IMG/VR virus record: IMGVR_UViG_3300037313_001002
Coordinates: 1 to 64,000 of that record
DNA from: a virus
Taxonomy: Duplodnaviria; Caudoviricetes
DNA length: 64,000 bases
Reading direction: 5' to 3' (one strand)
Shown here: positions 9,991 through 19,221 of the stretch, piece by piece
Layout of the letters: every line of letters begins with the position of its first letter
How positions within the stretch are numbered: the first letter of the stretch is position 1
Position numbers and translations under genes: made by a program
The notes under the pieces: model-generated
What the model was told of the DNA's origin: nothing
The model's input: only the letters and a program-made list of their open reading frames with translations
Database searches by the model: none

Positions 9991-10605
9991 TTATTTTACT
10001 ACATTGACATCACTGCTATCTACTGTTTTATCTGCCGGGGTTTGTCTTTGTGCACTAAAATGCGCGATACAGATGTCCAAAAACTCCTGTTCCAAGCCTG
10101 CCTGTATCGGTAAATCATCGGTATCGGCAAAGTTTTCAGGCGCAACCAATATCACCACATTCACGCTCGTTGCAAGCGGCGATAAGTTCCATAACTGCGC
10201 TACCATACCTGTTCTCCTGTAAAACCGGATATTTGGAAACTGCGTCTTATAGAAGTTTATCATCGGCACTTCGCCATCATTTAAAGGGGTGTAGGTATTG
10301 CCGCAATTATCTATCACATATCTTATCCCCTGATTAGATGGCAATGGAACTACGGTCTTGGGAAAAGTTATGGTTCCTATCCCATTATTCTGCGTTATCG
10401 TACAAGTATATGTGCCGTAAAAACTGGAAGGGAAATCCCTGTCACCCTCTTGCTGCCTGTTAAGGTAATAAGCCTTTGAGGTGACTAAATTATAGGCAAC
10501 AGGCAAATAAGCGCGTATATCGTCACGCAATACATCGCCGTCATCTGTTAATTGACCGCCATTGACCCTGATCGAAATCAGATCGACTGCTACTCCCTGC
10601 AACAT
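9991..10605 (-). CDS. tail ring (tubular) protein, crAss-like
   Basis: Second of three coupled 200-250 aa genes in the ring-protein position. Confidence 0.55.
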   Translation of the reverse strand: MLQGVAVDLISIRVNGGQLTDDGDVLRDDIRAYLPVAYNLVTSKAYYLNRQQEGDRDFPSSFYGTYTCTITQNNGIGTITFPKTVVPLPSNQGIRYVIDNCGNTYTPLNDGEVPMINFYKTQFPNIRFYRRTGMVAQLWNLSPLATSVNVVILVAPENFADTDDLPIQAGLEQEFLDICIAHFSAQRQTPADKTVDSSDVNVVK

Positions 10606-11285
10606 TATGCTTGCCCTCCCGTTAATGTACTGCTGACATAGGCTTCTTTTGGAATACCTAACTGTGAATATTCGTAAATAATCTGGTCTTTACACTCAAT
10701 ACCGAGCATTTCAAGCATGGTGTATTGAAACAGGTTAAACAGCAAGGGTGACCATACTAAATCCGTCCCTGCCGTTGGTACAATATAATCATAATTCCAG
10801 CTTGATTCAGGTGTCAATATGATACTTGCTGTTGGTGGAACTTTACAGTACAGTATTTTTGACTGTATGGCTATCAAAGGCAACATTTGTATTGCGCCGT
10901 CCAAATAATAATAAACCGTCCGGTTTTTGCTTAAATCGGGTTTCCTCACAAAACTGGTAATATAAACCGGAACTTGGTTCAAAGCTATTTTTTGAGACAG
11001 GTAATAAACCCCGTTAATATTTACCCACATCGTTATCAGCCTGAAATAATCGCTTGGCGTTGAAACAATGCCAAAACTACTGGTAACGGTTTCCTGTGAT
11101 ACGATAAGCCCAAACAGCGCATCCTCTACTTTATTACTAATGTCGTAGTTATCGCAAAGGACGTTACATATCCTCGTCTGTGCGGTGGCTAAGTCCCTGT
11201 TGAACTCGTCTTGTGTCTGATAGCCTGTAGTTCCGGTTTTTGCCGTTTGCTGTACTTGGTTCCATAATGCTACTACGCTTATCAT
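10605..11285 (-). CDS. tail ring/adaptor protein, crAss-like
   Basis: GYQTQDEFNRDL...PSDYFRL pattern typical of ring/adaptor proteins. Confidence 0.6.
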   Translation of the reverse strand: MISVVALWNQVQQTAKTGTTGYQTQDEFNRDLATAQTRICNVLCDNYDISNKVEDALFGLIVSQETVTSSFGIVSTPSDYFRLITMWVNINGVYYLSQKIALNQVPVYITSFVRKPDLSKNRTVYYYLDGAIQMLPLIAIQSKILYCKVPPTASIILTPESSWNYDYIVPTAGTDLVWSPLLFNLFQYTMLEMLGIECKDQIIYEYSQLGIPKEAYVSSTLTGGQA

Positions 11286-11300
11286 GCCCTAAAAATAAAT

Positions 11301-11331
11301 AAAAAAACCCGCAAGTTTTTATACCTGCGGG
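11301..11331 (-). terminator. rho-independent terminator
   Basis: CCCGCA/TGCGGG stem followed by T7 on the minus strand. Confidence 0.55.
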
Positions 11332-11361
11332 AAACCATTAAAAACCTAAATCCACAAATTA

Positions 11362-11658
11362 CTATGATGATGCTTCTGTTGTTTCGGGTGTGGTATCTTC
11401 AGTAGCAGGGGGCAACTCCGGTTCTCCTGTCGGCGGTACGGCTGCGGTATCAACAATTTGCAAGGTTGAACCGTCTGCCTTTAATGCCGCGTTAACCGCT
11501 TCAATATTAGCACTCTCAATAGCGTTCACAACGGCTGCATTTGCCAGTTCGCCGTTAATGCTGTCCAGTTGTGCCTGTTTTGCTGTAATATCGTCTTTAT
11601 CTGCCTGTATTTCAGATGTTAGCTGTGCTGCTTGCGCTTCGAGTGCGGTAGTATCCAT
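11362..11658 (-). CDS. small acidic coiled-coil protein
   Basis: 98 aa, A/E/D/T-rich, heptad-like N-terminal half. Confidence 0.5.
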   Translation of the reverse strand: MDTTALEAQAAQLTSEIQADKDDITAKQAQLDSINGELANAAVVNAIESANIEAVNAALKADGSTLQIVDTAAVPPTGEPELPPATEDTTPETTEASS

Positions 11659-11706
11659 TTCCTGTTTATTTTGAATGACTAAAGATAAATACTTTTTTTG
11701 AGTTTT

Positions 11707-12846
11707 TTATACAGGCATTCCAATCTTATTTTTCATGTTCTGCTCAAACCACTCTTTTGCGCCTTCCTCATCCATACCGGCTTCTATTGCCTTTAAGAAT
11801 GGTGATATTTTAGTGTTTGGTGGACGCTTCCCCCCGTTCATCCTTGTCAGGTATAATACCGCTTCGTTGAAGTTGGTTGGCAACGCACCGTTCTTGCCTA
11901 TACTTTTCAGGTGTTCAGGCACTTCGGTCTGCCCCAACTTTTCCAACACTTTCTGCGCATTCTCATTAGCGGTCACTTCTGCTTGTAAATTGTTCAACTC
12001 GAAGATAAAGTCCTCCAAATGATTTTTGATGTGAACCTTTAACGCTTCCCTTGCATTGGCGGTCTGCTGCATAACATCGGTAATGGTCTGACCCTGCTTA
12101 TCGCCTTTTGTCCAAGTCCAGCGTCTTACTGTACCTATCTGCTCCATGTGGAAGATGTCCTTATCGATAAAGTGTTCTATCTTGCCATCTATCATGGTTA
12201 GTTGCTGGTTCTTTTTCTCGATGTATAGCTTCGGATTCTTGGAAGCGTAGTCCATCAGTTCAGCCGTAATCTCTCTTTCGGACTTCATGTCGATTCCGGC
12301 TATTCCCAAGCCTTTAGCAAGGATAATTTGGTTCAACCCTGTAATCATCTTAGCATGTACCAAAGCCTCACCTAAAGCGTCCAGATCGCTTACTTTCTTA
12401 TCTGCCCTTGCCTGATAGTCTACAAACTCAAAGGCTGCTTTAGTTCCTTTATGGAACGGGGAATGCTCGCTGTCGGGGTGCAAAGCTGCAAATACTGCCA
12501 AATCCAAATCCTCGGATAGCTGCATACCCTCCCCGTCAAAAATAACACGTGGTGGCTGATAATCCCACCCGTCCTTTTCTTTGGAGTACTTACGGGTAGC
12601 TGCATAGCGTATCTCCATAGGCATCTGCGTTTTCTTGTCCTCTATCCAAAAACGGGCAAGCCTGTTGTAGCCTGCGTTATAACGCTTTTTACCGCCGTTA
12701 ATAGCATCAATAAATACCCTTTTACCCTCAAATTCAGGTCTTTTAACAACCTTTTTGTAAAATTCTTCTCCATCCCATTCCGGGGTAGTGAATTTCCTGC
12801 ATAACTCCTGACGGCTGATTAGCGTGTCATCTATGTAAAGTCCCAT
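11707..12846 (-). CDS. conserved crAss-like virion protein downstream of the capsid gene
   Basis: 379 aa, position, and DLDLAVFAALHP motif. Confidence 0.5.
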   Translation of the reverse strand: MGLYIDDTLISRQELCRKFTTPEWDGEEFYKKVVKRPEFEGKRVFIDAINGGKKRYNAGYNRLARFWIEDKKTQMPMEIRYAATRKYSKEKDGWDYQPPRVIFDGEGMQLSEDLDLAVFAALHPDSEHSPFHKGTKAAFEFVDYQARADKKVSDLDALGEALVHAKMITGLNQIILAKGLGIAGIDMKSEREITAELMDYASKNPKLYIEKKNQQLTMIDGKIEHFIDKDIFHMEQIGTVRRWTWTKGDKQGQTITDVMQQTANAREALKVHIKNHLEDFIFELNNLQAEVTANENAQKVLEKLGQTEVPEHLKSIGKNGALPTNFNEAVLYLTRMNGGKRPPNTKISPFLKAIEAGMDEEGAKEWFEQNMKNKIGMPV

Positions 12847-12994
12847 TCTCTATAAGTTTAATTTCTTGTTTTGTTTGAAATATTTTCTCCTGAATAGCCA
12901 ACCGTATAAACGCTTCTATCGAAGTCCCCTTGTTCTTTTTTAAGTCCACAAGAAAACTGAAATCTTCGTCATCTATATCAATCAACTTTTTCAT
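12827..12994 (-). CDS. ribbon-helix-helix-like DNA-binding protein, 55 aa (not in ORF track)
   Basis: Hand translation MKKLIDIDDEDFSFLVDLKKNKGTSIEAFIRLAIQEKI...; TATATTTG box upstream. Confidence 0.55.
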   Translation of the reverse strand: MKKLIDIDDEDFSFLVDLKKNKGTSIEAFIRLAIQEKIFQTKQEIKLIENGTLHR

Positions 12995-13233
12995 TGCTCA
13001 AATATAGATATATGTTTTCATATATTTTTTCGGTAAAACAAAACGTTGAGAAATCGGTTATTAAATCATGCAAATCGTACCAATCTATATATGGTTATCT
13101 ACGATAGTATTTACCATTATAACCATTTTACCCTTTACAGCACCAATATTTCAGTTCCATTGGGCTATAAGGGCTTTGTGTGCCGTTTTAATGATTATCG
13201 GTTGGGTAATTATCATCAAAAATTTTATCCATT

Positions 13234-13267
13234 AAAAAAGCCCCGAATCAATTAAGAAACTGGGCTT
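13234..13267 (-). terminator. terminator downstream of the HNH gene
   Basis: AAGCCC/GGGCTT stem with a T-run on the minus strand. Confidence 0.45.
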
Positions 13268-13276
13268 CGATGTAAA

Positions 13277-13825
13277 TTATTCGAGATAACGACCGCTTAT
13301 ACCGTTATCTTCATAAAACTGTTTCAAATCATTAAAAGCTTCTTCTTCGGTTTTAAAGCCAAATCTACGTTCATGTTTTCCTTTGAAAAATATAGCCCAC
13401 CGCCAAGTAACGCAAGTTCTATTTTTTCTCATAGAAACACCTTTAAACCTGCTGCTTTTATTTTTTCTTGAAGCCAATTGTCCATGCAGTGTATTCTCAT
13501 GATGCGTAGACCATTCAAGATTAGTGTAATGGCAATTATTTCTGTTACCATCCAAATGATTAACCTCTGGTTTACTTTCGGGATTTGGTACAAAATACAT
13601 AGCAACTAATCTATGTATGGGAAATATTTTTTCATTGCCATTTTTATCAAAAAGTCTCACTTTGATATATCGTGATGACTTAGTAACTTTGGCATTAGGA
13701 CTCAGTATCCTATGCAACTTAAACTTTGTGGACTTAACCCGCCCACAATTACTGATTTCGTACAGCCCAACGTACCCTGCGATAGACTTCCATTCTTCGC
13801 CGGGTAAATTTTCAATTAATTTCAT
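13277..13825 (-). CDS. NUMOD4-HNH homing endonuclease with an AP2-like C-terminus
   Basis: EEWKSIAGYVGLYEISNCGRVKS; IHRLVAMYF...VNHLDGNRNNCHYTNLEW; SSRFKGVS. Confidence 0.9.
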   Translation of the reverse strand: MKLIENLPGEEWKSIAGYVGLYEISNCGRVKSTKFKLHRILSPNAKVTKSSRYIKVRLFDKNGNEKIFPIHRLVAMYFVPNPESKPEVNHLDGNRNNCHYTNLEWSTHHENTLHGQLASRKNKSSRFKGVSMRKNRTCVTWRWAIFFKGKHERRFGFKTEEEAFNDLKQFYEDNGISGRYLE

Positions 13826-13828
13826 AAT

Positions 13829-13864
13829 AAAAAAACCTGTAAGCTTTAAATGCCTACAGGTTTT
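13829..13864. terminator. bidirectional terminator after the major capsid gene
   Basis: AAAACCTGTA/TACAGGTTTT inverted repeat. Confidence 0.6.
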
Positions 13865-13907
13865 AAATATATGTAATGTTTCCTAATAAATCAAATTTAT
13901 TTTTTAT

Positions 13908-15449
13908 TTATAGCGTCATTGACTCAGGGTGGCCTAAAATAAACGAGGAACCCAAAGCAAAATGTGGGGCAATCTCAGACCTCAAGAACAACAACTGAAC
14001 GTCATCTGCTATTGATTTGGAGAAAATTGCTTTCATCTCACCTGCGCTTGTGATAGCGCGCCCATTGCCTGCACCCCCAATCATCCATACTTCGTTCTCA
14101 CGGCTATAACCGTCTGTGCCACGATATTCGTAACCAACATAAGGCACACCCTGTGCGTCTGAATCGGATGCTTTACCGAAAGGTGAAGCGATGAACACGT
14201 CCTTGTAGCCTACTGCGCCTGCTCCTTGAGCATTAGAAAATTCTTCTGCCTTAGTTTGCAGGAAAGTGAAGTTGCCTACGCGGAATCCGTCGATACCCAA
14301 ATTAATGAACATGCCCTCGGTATCGAAGCCGTTATCGAGCGATTTAGCGCGTGTGATAGCATCTCCCATGTACCTGTCAGAAACACCTGCTACCCAAGAG
14401 TAGTTGATGATGTCGGCGAAATACTTTTGGAAGGCGATATTTACGTTATATCCCTCGAACAGCATGATTTCCGAAGTGGTCACGCGGATGTCGTTGTAAT
14501 AACCCGAAATAGCAAACAGGTCGTCAATGGTCAGATTGTTAGGGTCATAAGCAAAGTCATAGCCCCATTTCCTTGCAAAGTCTACCAAGCCTTCTGTGCC
14601 CTGTATAGGTGCTGTTCCGGTGTAAGTAGATGTGCCTGTCCAGTTTGTCGCCTGTGAACCGAACATGAAGATATTGCCTTTCTGCATTTCGTGGCGCATT
14701 TCTTCATCCTTAACACCTTCCAAGTAAAGCAGGTTGCTTCCGGGAACTGGCTGAAAACGAACCTCGGTGGTCATGTTCGTACCTGTTACCAAGTTGGTTT
14801 CCTTGCAAATCGCAAAGGTGTTTTGGTATTTGTATTGCAGCAAGCGCAGGCTGTCAGGTTGCGCTGTACCTTCCGCAAACATGGTCGATACGTAGAACAG
14901 TTTTGTTCCCGTGGTAATATCGGCCAATGCGGTTGCGCCTGTGTTTACCTGTACGGTGATATAGTGCAAAGCAGGGTTGGTGGTAGTGTCTTTGGCGGTT
15001 ACCAGATACTTGTTACCGTTACCTATTCCCCAAACCTCACCCGGACGCGGACGTGAATAATATACGGTTGCCCCGGCGTAGTTGACTTCCTGATCCATCT
15101 GGTCTGATGTCAGCGCAAACTGGATCGTGTTGCCTGATGGGTTGGAGATTATCGAACCTACGATCATCACCATGTTGGGACGTGGCTTTTCGTAGTGTTG
15201 TGTAACCGGGCCTTGTACGGCGCGGCTCATGTTCAGTCTTCCGAATTTAAAAGCCCTGATTTTTGCTAAGGTCGAAACAGGGTAGCCTGCCTGCTTAAAG
15301 TAGGTAGGCAAGATTTGGGGGTTATCGGCTAATAGCGCAGACCCCAAAATAAAGACATCACCATAACCGCCATCGACCGCGGTTGGCGGGTTAATTCCGG
15401 TGTTTACATTACCCTTTTCTAATTGAGGGTTTAATCCTTGATATGGCAT
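13908..15449 (-). CDS. major capsid protein (crAss-like, HK97 fold)
   Basis: 513 aa following portal and scaffold; crAss-like size and layout; terminator downstream. Confidence 0.75.
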   Translation of the reverse strand: MPYQGLNPQLEKGNVNTGINPPTAVDGGYGDVFILGSALLADNPQILPTYFKQAGYPVSTLAKIRAFKFGRLNMSRAVQGPVTQHYEKPRPNMVMIVGSIISNPSGNTIQFALTSDQMDQEVNYAGATVYYSRPRPGEVWGIGNGNKYLVTAKDTTTNPALHYITVQVNTGATALADITTGTKLFYVSTMFAEGTAQPDSLRLLQYKYQNTFAICKETNLVTGTNMTTEVRFQPVPGSNLLYLEGVKDEEMRHEMQKGNIFMFGSQATNWTGTSTYTGTAPIQGTEGLVDFARKWGYDFAYDPNNLTIDDLFAISGYYNDIRVTTSEIMLFEGYNVNIAFQKYFADIINYSWVAGVSDRYMGDAITRAKSLDNGFDTEGMFINLGIDGFRVGNFTFLQTKAEEFSNAQGAGAVGYKDVFIASPFGKASDSDAQGVPYVGYEYRGTDGYSRENEVWMIGGAGNGRAITSAGEMKAIFSKSIADDVQLLFLRSEIAPHFALGSSFILGHPESMTL

Positions 15450-15503
15450 TTTTTTAAAGTTTTAAAAGTTGTTGACTAATTTGGGTTAACTTTTAAAACA
15501 ACC

Positions 15504-16655
15504 TTAGTTTGTTGGCATTCCTGCTATTCTCCTTTCAAAGTCATAACGTGCTTTGTCAAGATTTTCTGTCGGTGTATGCACTTCGGCACTCTTAGGTAAG
15601 CCTGATTTATTTTCATATTTGTTTACAGCTTTCTCCCATGCGTTGGCGTATGCCTGCTCGTATATTTTTTGAGCGACCTGCGGAAAATTCTGGTCAAGGT
15701 AATTGGCGTTTATAGCCCTGAATGCCTGTCCTATCGTTTCCTGATTGATTTGGGTCATGCCATCGCTGAAATAGTCGAACAATAAATTGCCCATGTTCTT
15801 TTTAAAGTCGTCCGGGTAATCAAAAGCCATCTTGAACTCATCGCCGTCCTTTATTTTGAACGTGAGTTCGCCCATGCCTTTCAGTTCCTTTGTGATTTGA
15901 GGGACTGTCTGTTTAACATAATCGTCGTGCTGCTTTTGCGCAGCTTGCTGCTGTAAAAGAACTTCTTCGGTTGCTACGGCTTTCGGCGTTGACATATCCG
16001 TTTTATAGTCATTCAACGCTTTCTTATCCTGCTCTGCCGATATGCGCAAACGTTCTTCCATTATCTTGCGTTCGGGGCTGTCTGCCTCGTAGTCGTCAAG
16101 CGGGAAGTCCTGCGCCAACTGCAATTTGGCAATATCCTCTTTCCACCCGTCTACCAACACCATTTTGGCTAATTTGGCATCAAGTGGGTTTAAGTCGTTT
16201 ATATTGCCAACGCGGTTAATCTTATGAAAATTATCAATTTGCTCCTGTGAAGCTCCCGAAGCTAAGAGTTCGTTTATCTTTTTAGCGTACTGGTTAACAA
16301 AGGGGTCTTTTTCTGCCTTTTCTTTGAGGCTGTCCCTCTCCCTTATCACCTCATCGTAACTGCTGAATTTAGGTAAATTACTCTTAAACTCATCGGTTGT
16401 CTTAAATATACCACCGGACGCTTCCGCTATGAACTTGTCAAAGTCGGGTGCTTCGGTGGTAGGTGCTGCGGTCTCTGCCGCCGCTACTGGCTCTTGATTA
16501 CCAGTTGGCGTTTCTGTAGCCTGAACCATCTCGGTTGCTGGCGTTGCTTCGGTCTGAACGGGTGGTGCAGGGTCAACCATCTCGGTTGCCTGCTTACTAT
16601 TTAGTTCAGCCTCTTTTGTCAGAATGCCTATTAACTGTTGGTCTACTGAATCCAT
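15504..16655 (-). CDS. putative capsid scaffolding protein
   Basis: Acidic P/T/E/A-rich N-terminus then helical body; between portal and capsid. Confidence 0.6.
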   Translation of the reverse strand: MDSVDQQLIGILTKEAELNSKQATEMVDPAPPVQTEATPATEMVQATETPTGNQEPVAAAETAAPTTEAPDFDKFIAEASGGIFKTTDEFKSNLPKFSSYDEVIRERDSLKEKAEKDPFVNQYAKKINELLASGASQEQIDNFHKINRVGNINDLNPLDAKLAKMVLVDGWKEDIAKLQLAQDFPLDDYEADSPERKIMEERLRISAEQDKKALNDYKTDMSTPKAVATEEVLLQQQAAQKQHDDYVKQTVPQITKELKGMGELTFKIKDGDEFKMAFDYPDDFKKNMGNLLFDYFSDGMTQINQETIGQAFRAINANYLDQNFPQVAQKIYEQAYANAWEKAVNKYENKSGLPKSAEVHTPTENLDKARYDFERRIAGMPTN

Positions 16656-16689
16656 ATTGCAATTATAAGTTATTTTATCTGATATTTTT

Positions 16690-19185
16690 TTATGCTACCT
16701 GTTGAGTGGGTTGTTGCGGTGGGTTTCCTTGTGCCTCACCCATTGTTTCCGGTGGCGTTACCGGGGGTGGGTTTAATATCTGCTGTATCTTTTGGTTGTT
16801 TTCCTCTACTTGTTGCCCTACCTGTTCACCGCTAATGGGCTGCTCTGCCTTGTTCTTACCTTTCATGTATTCTGCCATTAAGGTCTTATTCTCGGCAAAG
16901 TAACCTTTCAGTAATTGTGTTATCGCTTCGTTATGACCATCCAATTGCGCTTTGGTAACGATATTGGCTTGGTCTCCCTGCTGCTTCATCTGTGCCGATT
17001 GCTGTTGCAATTGTGCGTTGTTCTGGTAATCCTGCTGTTTCTGCTGTGCCATCATAGCTGTTTTCTTCTGCTGTATTTGCGCCATGACGTACATGGCTTC
17101 GCGGATATTACCCGATAAGATACGGTCGTAAATGAACATAAACTCGGCAGGATTTAAGCCCTGCTGACCACCAGACTGGTCGCCCAACGCCTTTTGCTGC
17201 GTGATAGAAGCCAACAGTTCTTTCTTCTGCTCATCATTGATACCTAACTGTATGTCGATATTAAATTCAGCATTAGAGAAGTCTTTACCGATTTCCAGTA
17301 TTTTCATAGACTTTACGCCCAATGGAGAGAACCCTATCTTCATACCGTGGTCTGATGCTACTATCTGCCATTTCTTGACAATATCGTCAAAAGCGTTCCT
17401 AAAAAGGTAACTATATGAATTAAATGTCGGATAAAGTGCGGCGTTAGAAGCTGCCATTGATAGTTGCGTCTTACCTAACCCGTCATATTGTTGAGGTGTG
17501 GAACCGTCTGTCCCTTGCGGGATACCTAAAACCTCGCGTATCTCGTTGACCTTTTCGGCTATAATATTGCCGTAAGTCTGCAAAACACCGATTATTTTTG
17601 TTATATCCAAAAACTCTATGGGCTTTTGACCGCCTGCCATATAAAGCGGTTTTCCCTGATCGTCAAGACCGTTATAGTACAAAATACCCCTTTCCTGCAA
17701 TACCGTTAAAATATCTTCGGGTTGTTGCTTTTTACCGTTCAGGAATACGTTTTCTATCAGGTCTTTTTGAATGGCTATACCCGGTGCTGCGGGGACGGTG
17801 GCAAGCGTATTACGCTGTTTAATGATAGCTAAGTCAATATCGTCTATCAGCGCGATACAGCGTTCCACCAAAGAGGCATTGCCTGTCTTAACAAAGAAAA
17901 AGTCCAGTTTGGGAACCTTGTTACCATCAGGGCCATAGTACACTACATCCTGACACACGCCGTAATTTAAAAACAGGTCTGTGCCTATCACCCACTGCGC
18001 TTCGTATTTTCTGATAACATTTTTGCGAATAACCTCATCACCGTTTTTCTTGCTCTTATCGTCCTGATTAAAGTAAAATGGTATTTCTTTGTAAAAAACA
18101 GAACCGTCTGAACGCTGATTTTTCAAGTTGGTTTCAATATCGGCTGACAGCCATTGCGCATCAAGTACCATTATCCTTACCCTGCTGATAGGGTCAAGGT
18201 CGATGACATTCGGTGCGTTAAAGCGATTATTGGCTAAGAATAAGGTTGATGCGGTATTAAAGTTAAATCCCTGATTATACCATTGAAAACTTTCCGCTAA
18301 ATACAAAAGGTCGTTTGCTGAAAGATTAGGGTTTTCTTTCCAAGCATCCGCAATCGTCATTATCCTGATTTCCGCTGCTCTCGTATTATCGGAAAAGTCA
18401 TTTATCTCTGAATAAGGGATAATACACCTGTCAATCCAGCATTTGCGTATTTTAGGAAGTTTGGTTGACTTTTCTATGTAGGTTTTCCATCCGGTAAGAC
18501 CAACGGTTATCAGGTCATCAAAAGTAGCATCCTGCGTCACCTTATAATTGGAAACCATTTTTGTCTTTTGGCAGGCTGCAACACAAGCTATTTCCCTTTG
18601 CGTAGAATAACCGCCAGTTTCAAAATAAAGGTCAACATCGTTTTGCGATTGAATGCCCATCGCCTTTGGGTTCATATTTTGCGGCAGTTTATGACCTGTC
18701 GCTTGCAGAAACGCCTGTGTAGCAGGGTGAATAAGGTATTTAAGCATCTCCCGGTCTGCCTCTTTAGTGGCTAAGCTATCCTCATCTATACAGGTTACGT
18801 CAACATCATACTCCGTTTGCATGTTGCGCTGACGGATAATGTCAAACATTTTTGACATCAGGTAATAGGTATCCCACGAAATGTTCATTTTGGTGGGATA
18901 AGTGCCATCCGGCTGACGCTTTTTTGCGCCTATGACCGTATCTTTAAGTTTATTGGAAGATTGCTGACCTGTGGCATAAGCCCTTAAAGTGGCAAATGAA
19001 CGTTTCTGACCGAACTCGAAAGGGATATAACAATAGTTATTAACAAAATCCGCAATTAGACTTTCGCAAACATTTTGATACCATTGCTTCTGCTGTTTTA
19101 ATGCAGGGTCAATATTATCAGATGGTGTAGGATACTGATACCGTTTACCCTTATAGTCCTCAAGTTTTTTATATTCTCTTGCCAT
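16690..19185 (-). CDS. portal protein (crAss-like)
   Basis: 831 aa after TerL; LRAYATGQQS, MKMNISWD-like N-terminal motifs and a Q-rich coiled-coil C-terminus. Confidence 0.8.
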   Translation of the reverse strand: MAREYKKLEDYKGKRYQYPTPSDNIDPALKQQKQWYQNVCESLIADFVNNYCYIPFEFGQKRSFATLRAYATGQQSSNKLKDTVIGAKKRQPDGTYPTKMNISWDTYYLMSKMFDIIRQRNMQTEYDVDVTCIDEDSLATKEADREMLKYLIHPATQAFLQATGHKLPQNMNPKAMGIQSQNDVDLYFETGGYSTQREIACVAACQKTKMVSNYKVTQDATFDDLITVGLTGWKTYIEKSTKLPKIRKCWIDRCIIPYSEINDFSDNTRAAEIRIMTIADAWKENPNLSANDLLYLAESFQWYNQGFNFNTASTLFLANNRFNAPNVIDLDPISRVRIMVLDAQWLSADIETNLKNQRSDGSVFYKEIPFYFNQDDKSKKNGDEVIRKNVIRKYEAQWVIGTDLFLNYGVCQDVVYYGPDGNKVPKLDFFFVKTGNASLVERCIALIDDIDLAIIKQRNTLATVPAAPGIAIQKDLIENVFLNGKKQQPEDILTVLQERGILYYNGLDDQGKPLYMAGGQKPIEFLDITKIIGVLQTYGNIIAEKVNEIREVLGIPQGTDGSTPQQYDGLGKTQLSMAASNAALYPTFNSYSYLFRNAFDDIVKKWQIVASDHGMKIGFSPLGVKSMKILEIGKDFSNAEFNIDIQLGINDEQKKELLASITQQKALGDQSGGQQGLNPAEFMFIYDRILSGNIREAMYVMAQIQQKKTAMMAQQKQQDYQNNAQLQQQSAQMKQQGDQANIVTKAQLDGHNEAITQLLKGYFAENKTLMAEYMKGKNKAEQPISGEQVGQQVEENNQKIQQILNPPPVTPPETMGEAQGNPPQQPTQQVA

Positions 19186-19221
19186 TTAACGGTAAAGATA
19201 ATAAGTTATCACACATAATTT

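Noticed and set aside
13046-13255. Plus-strand 69-aa ORF
   Set aside because: No recognisable motif; it runs into a terminator in an AT-rich gap and is probably spurious
13277-15449. Group I intron carrying the HNH inside the capsid gene
   Set aside because: The capsid ORF ends with its own stop and terminator before the HNH; no downstream exon is evident
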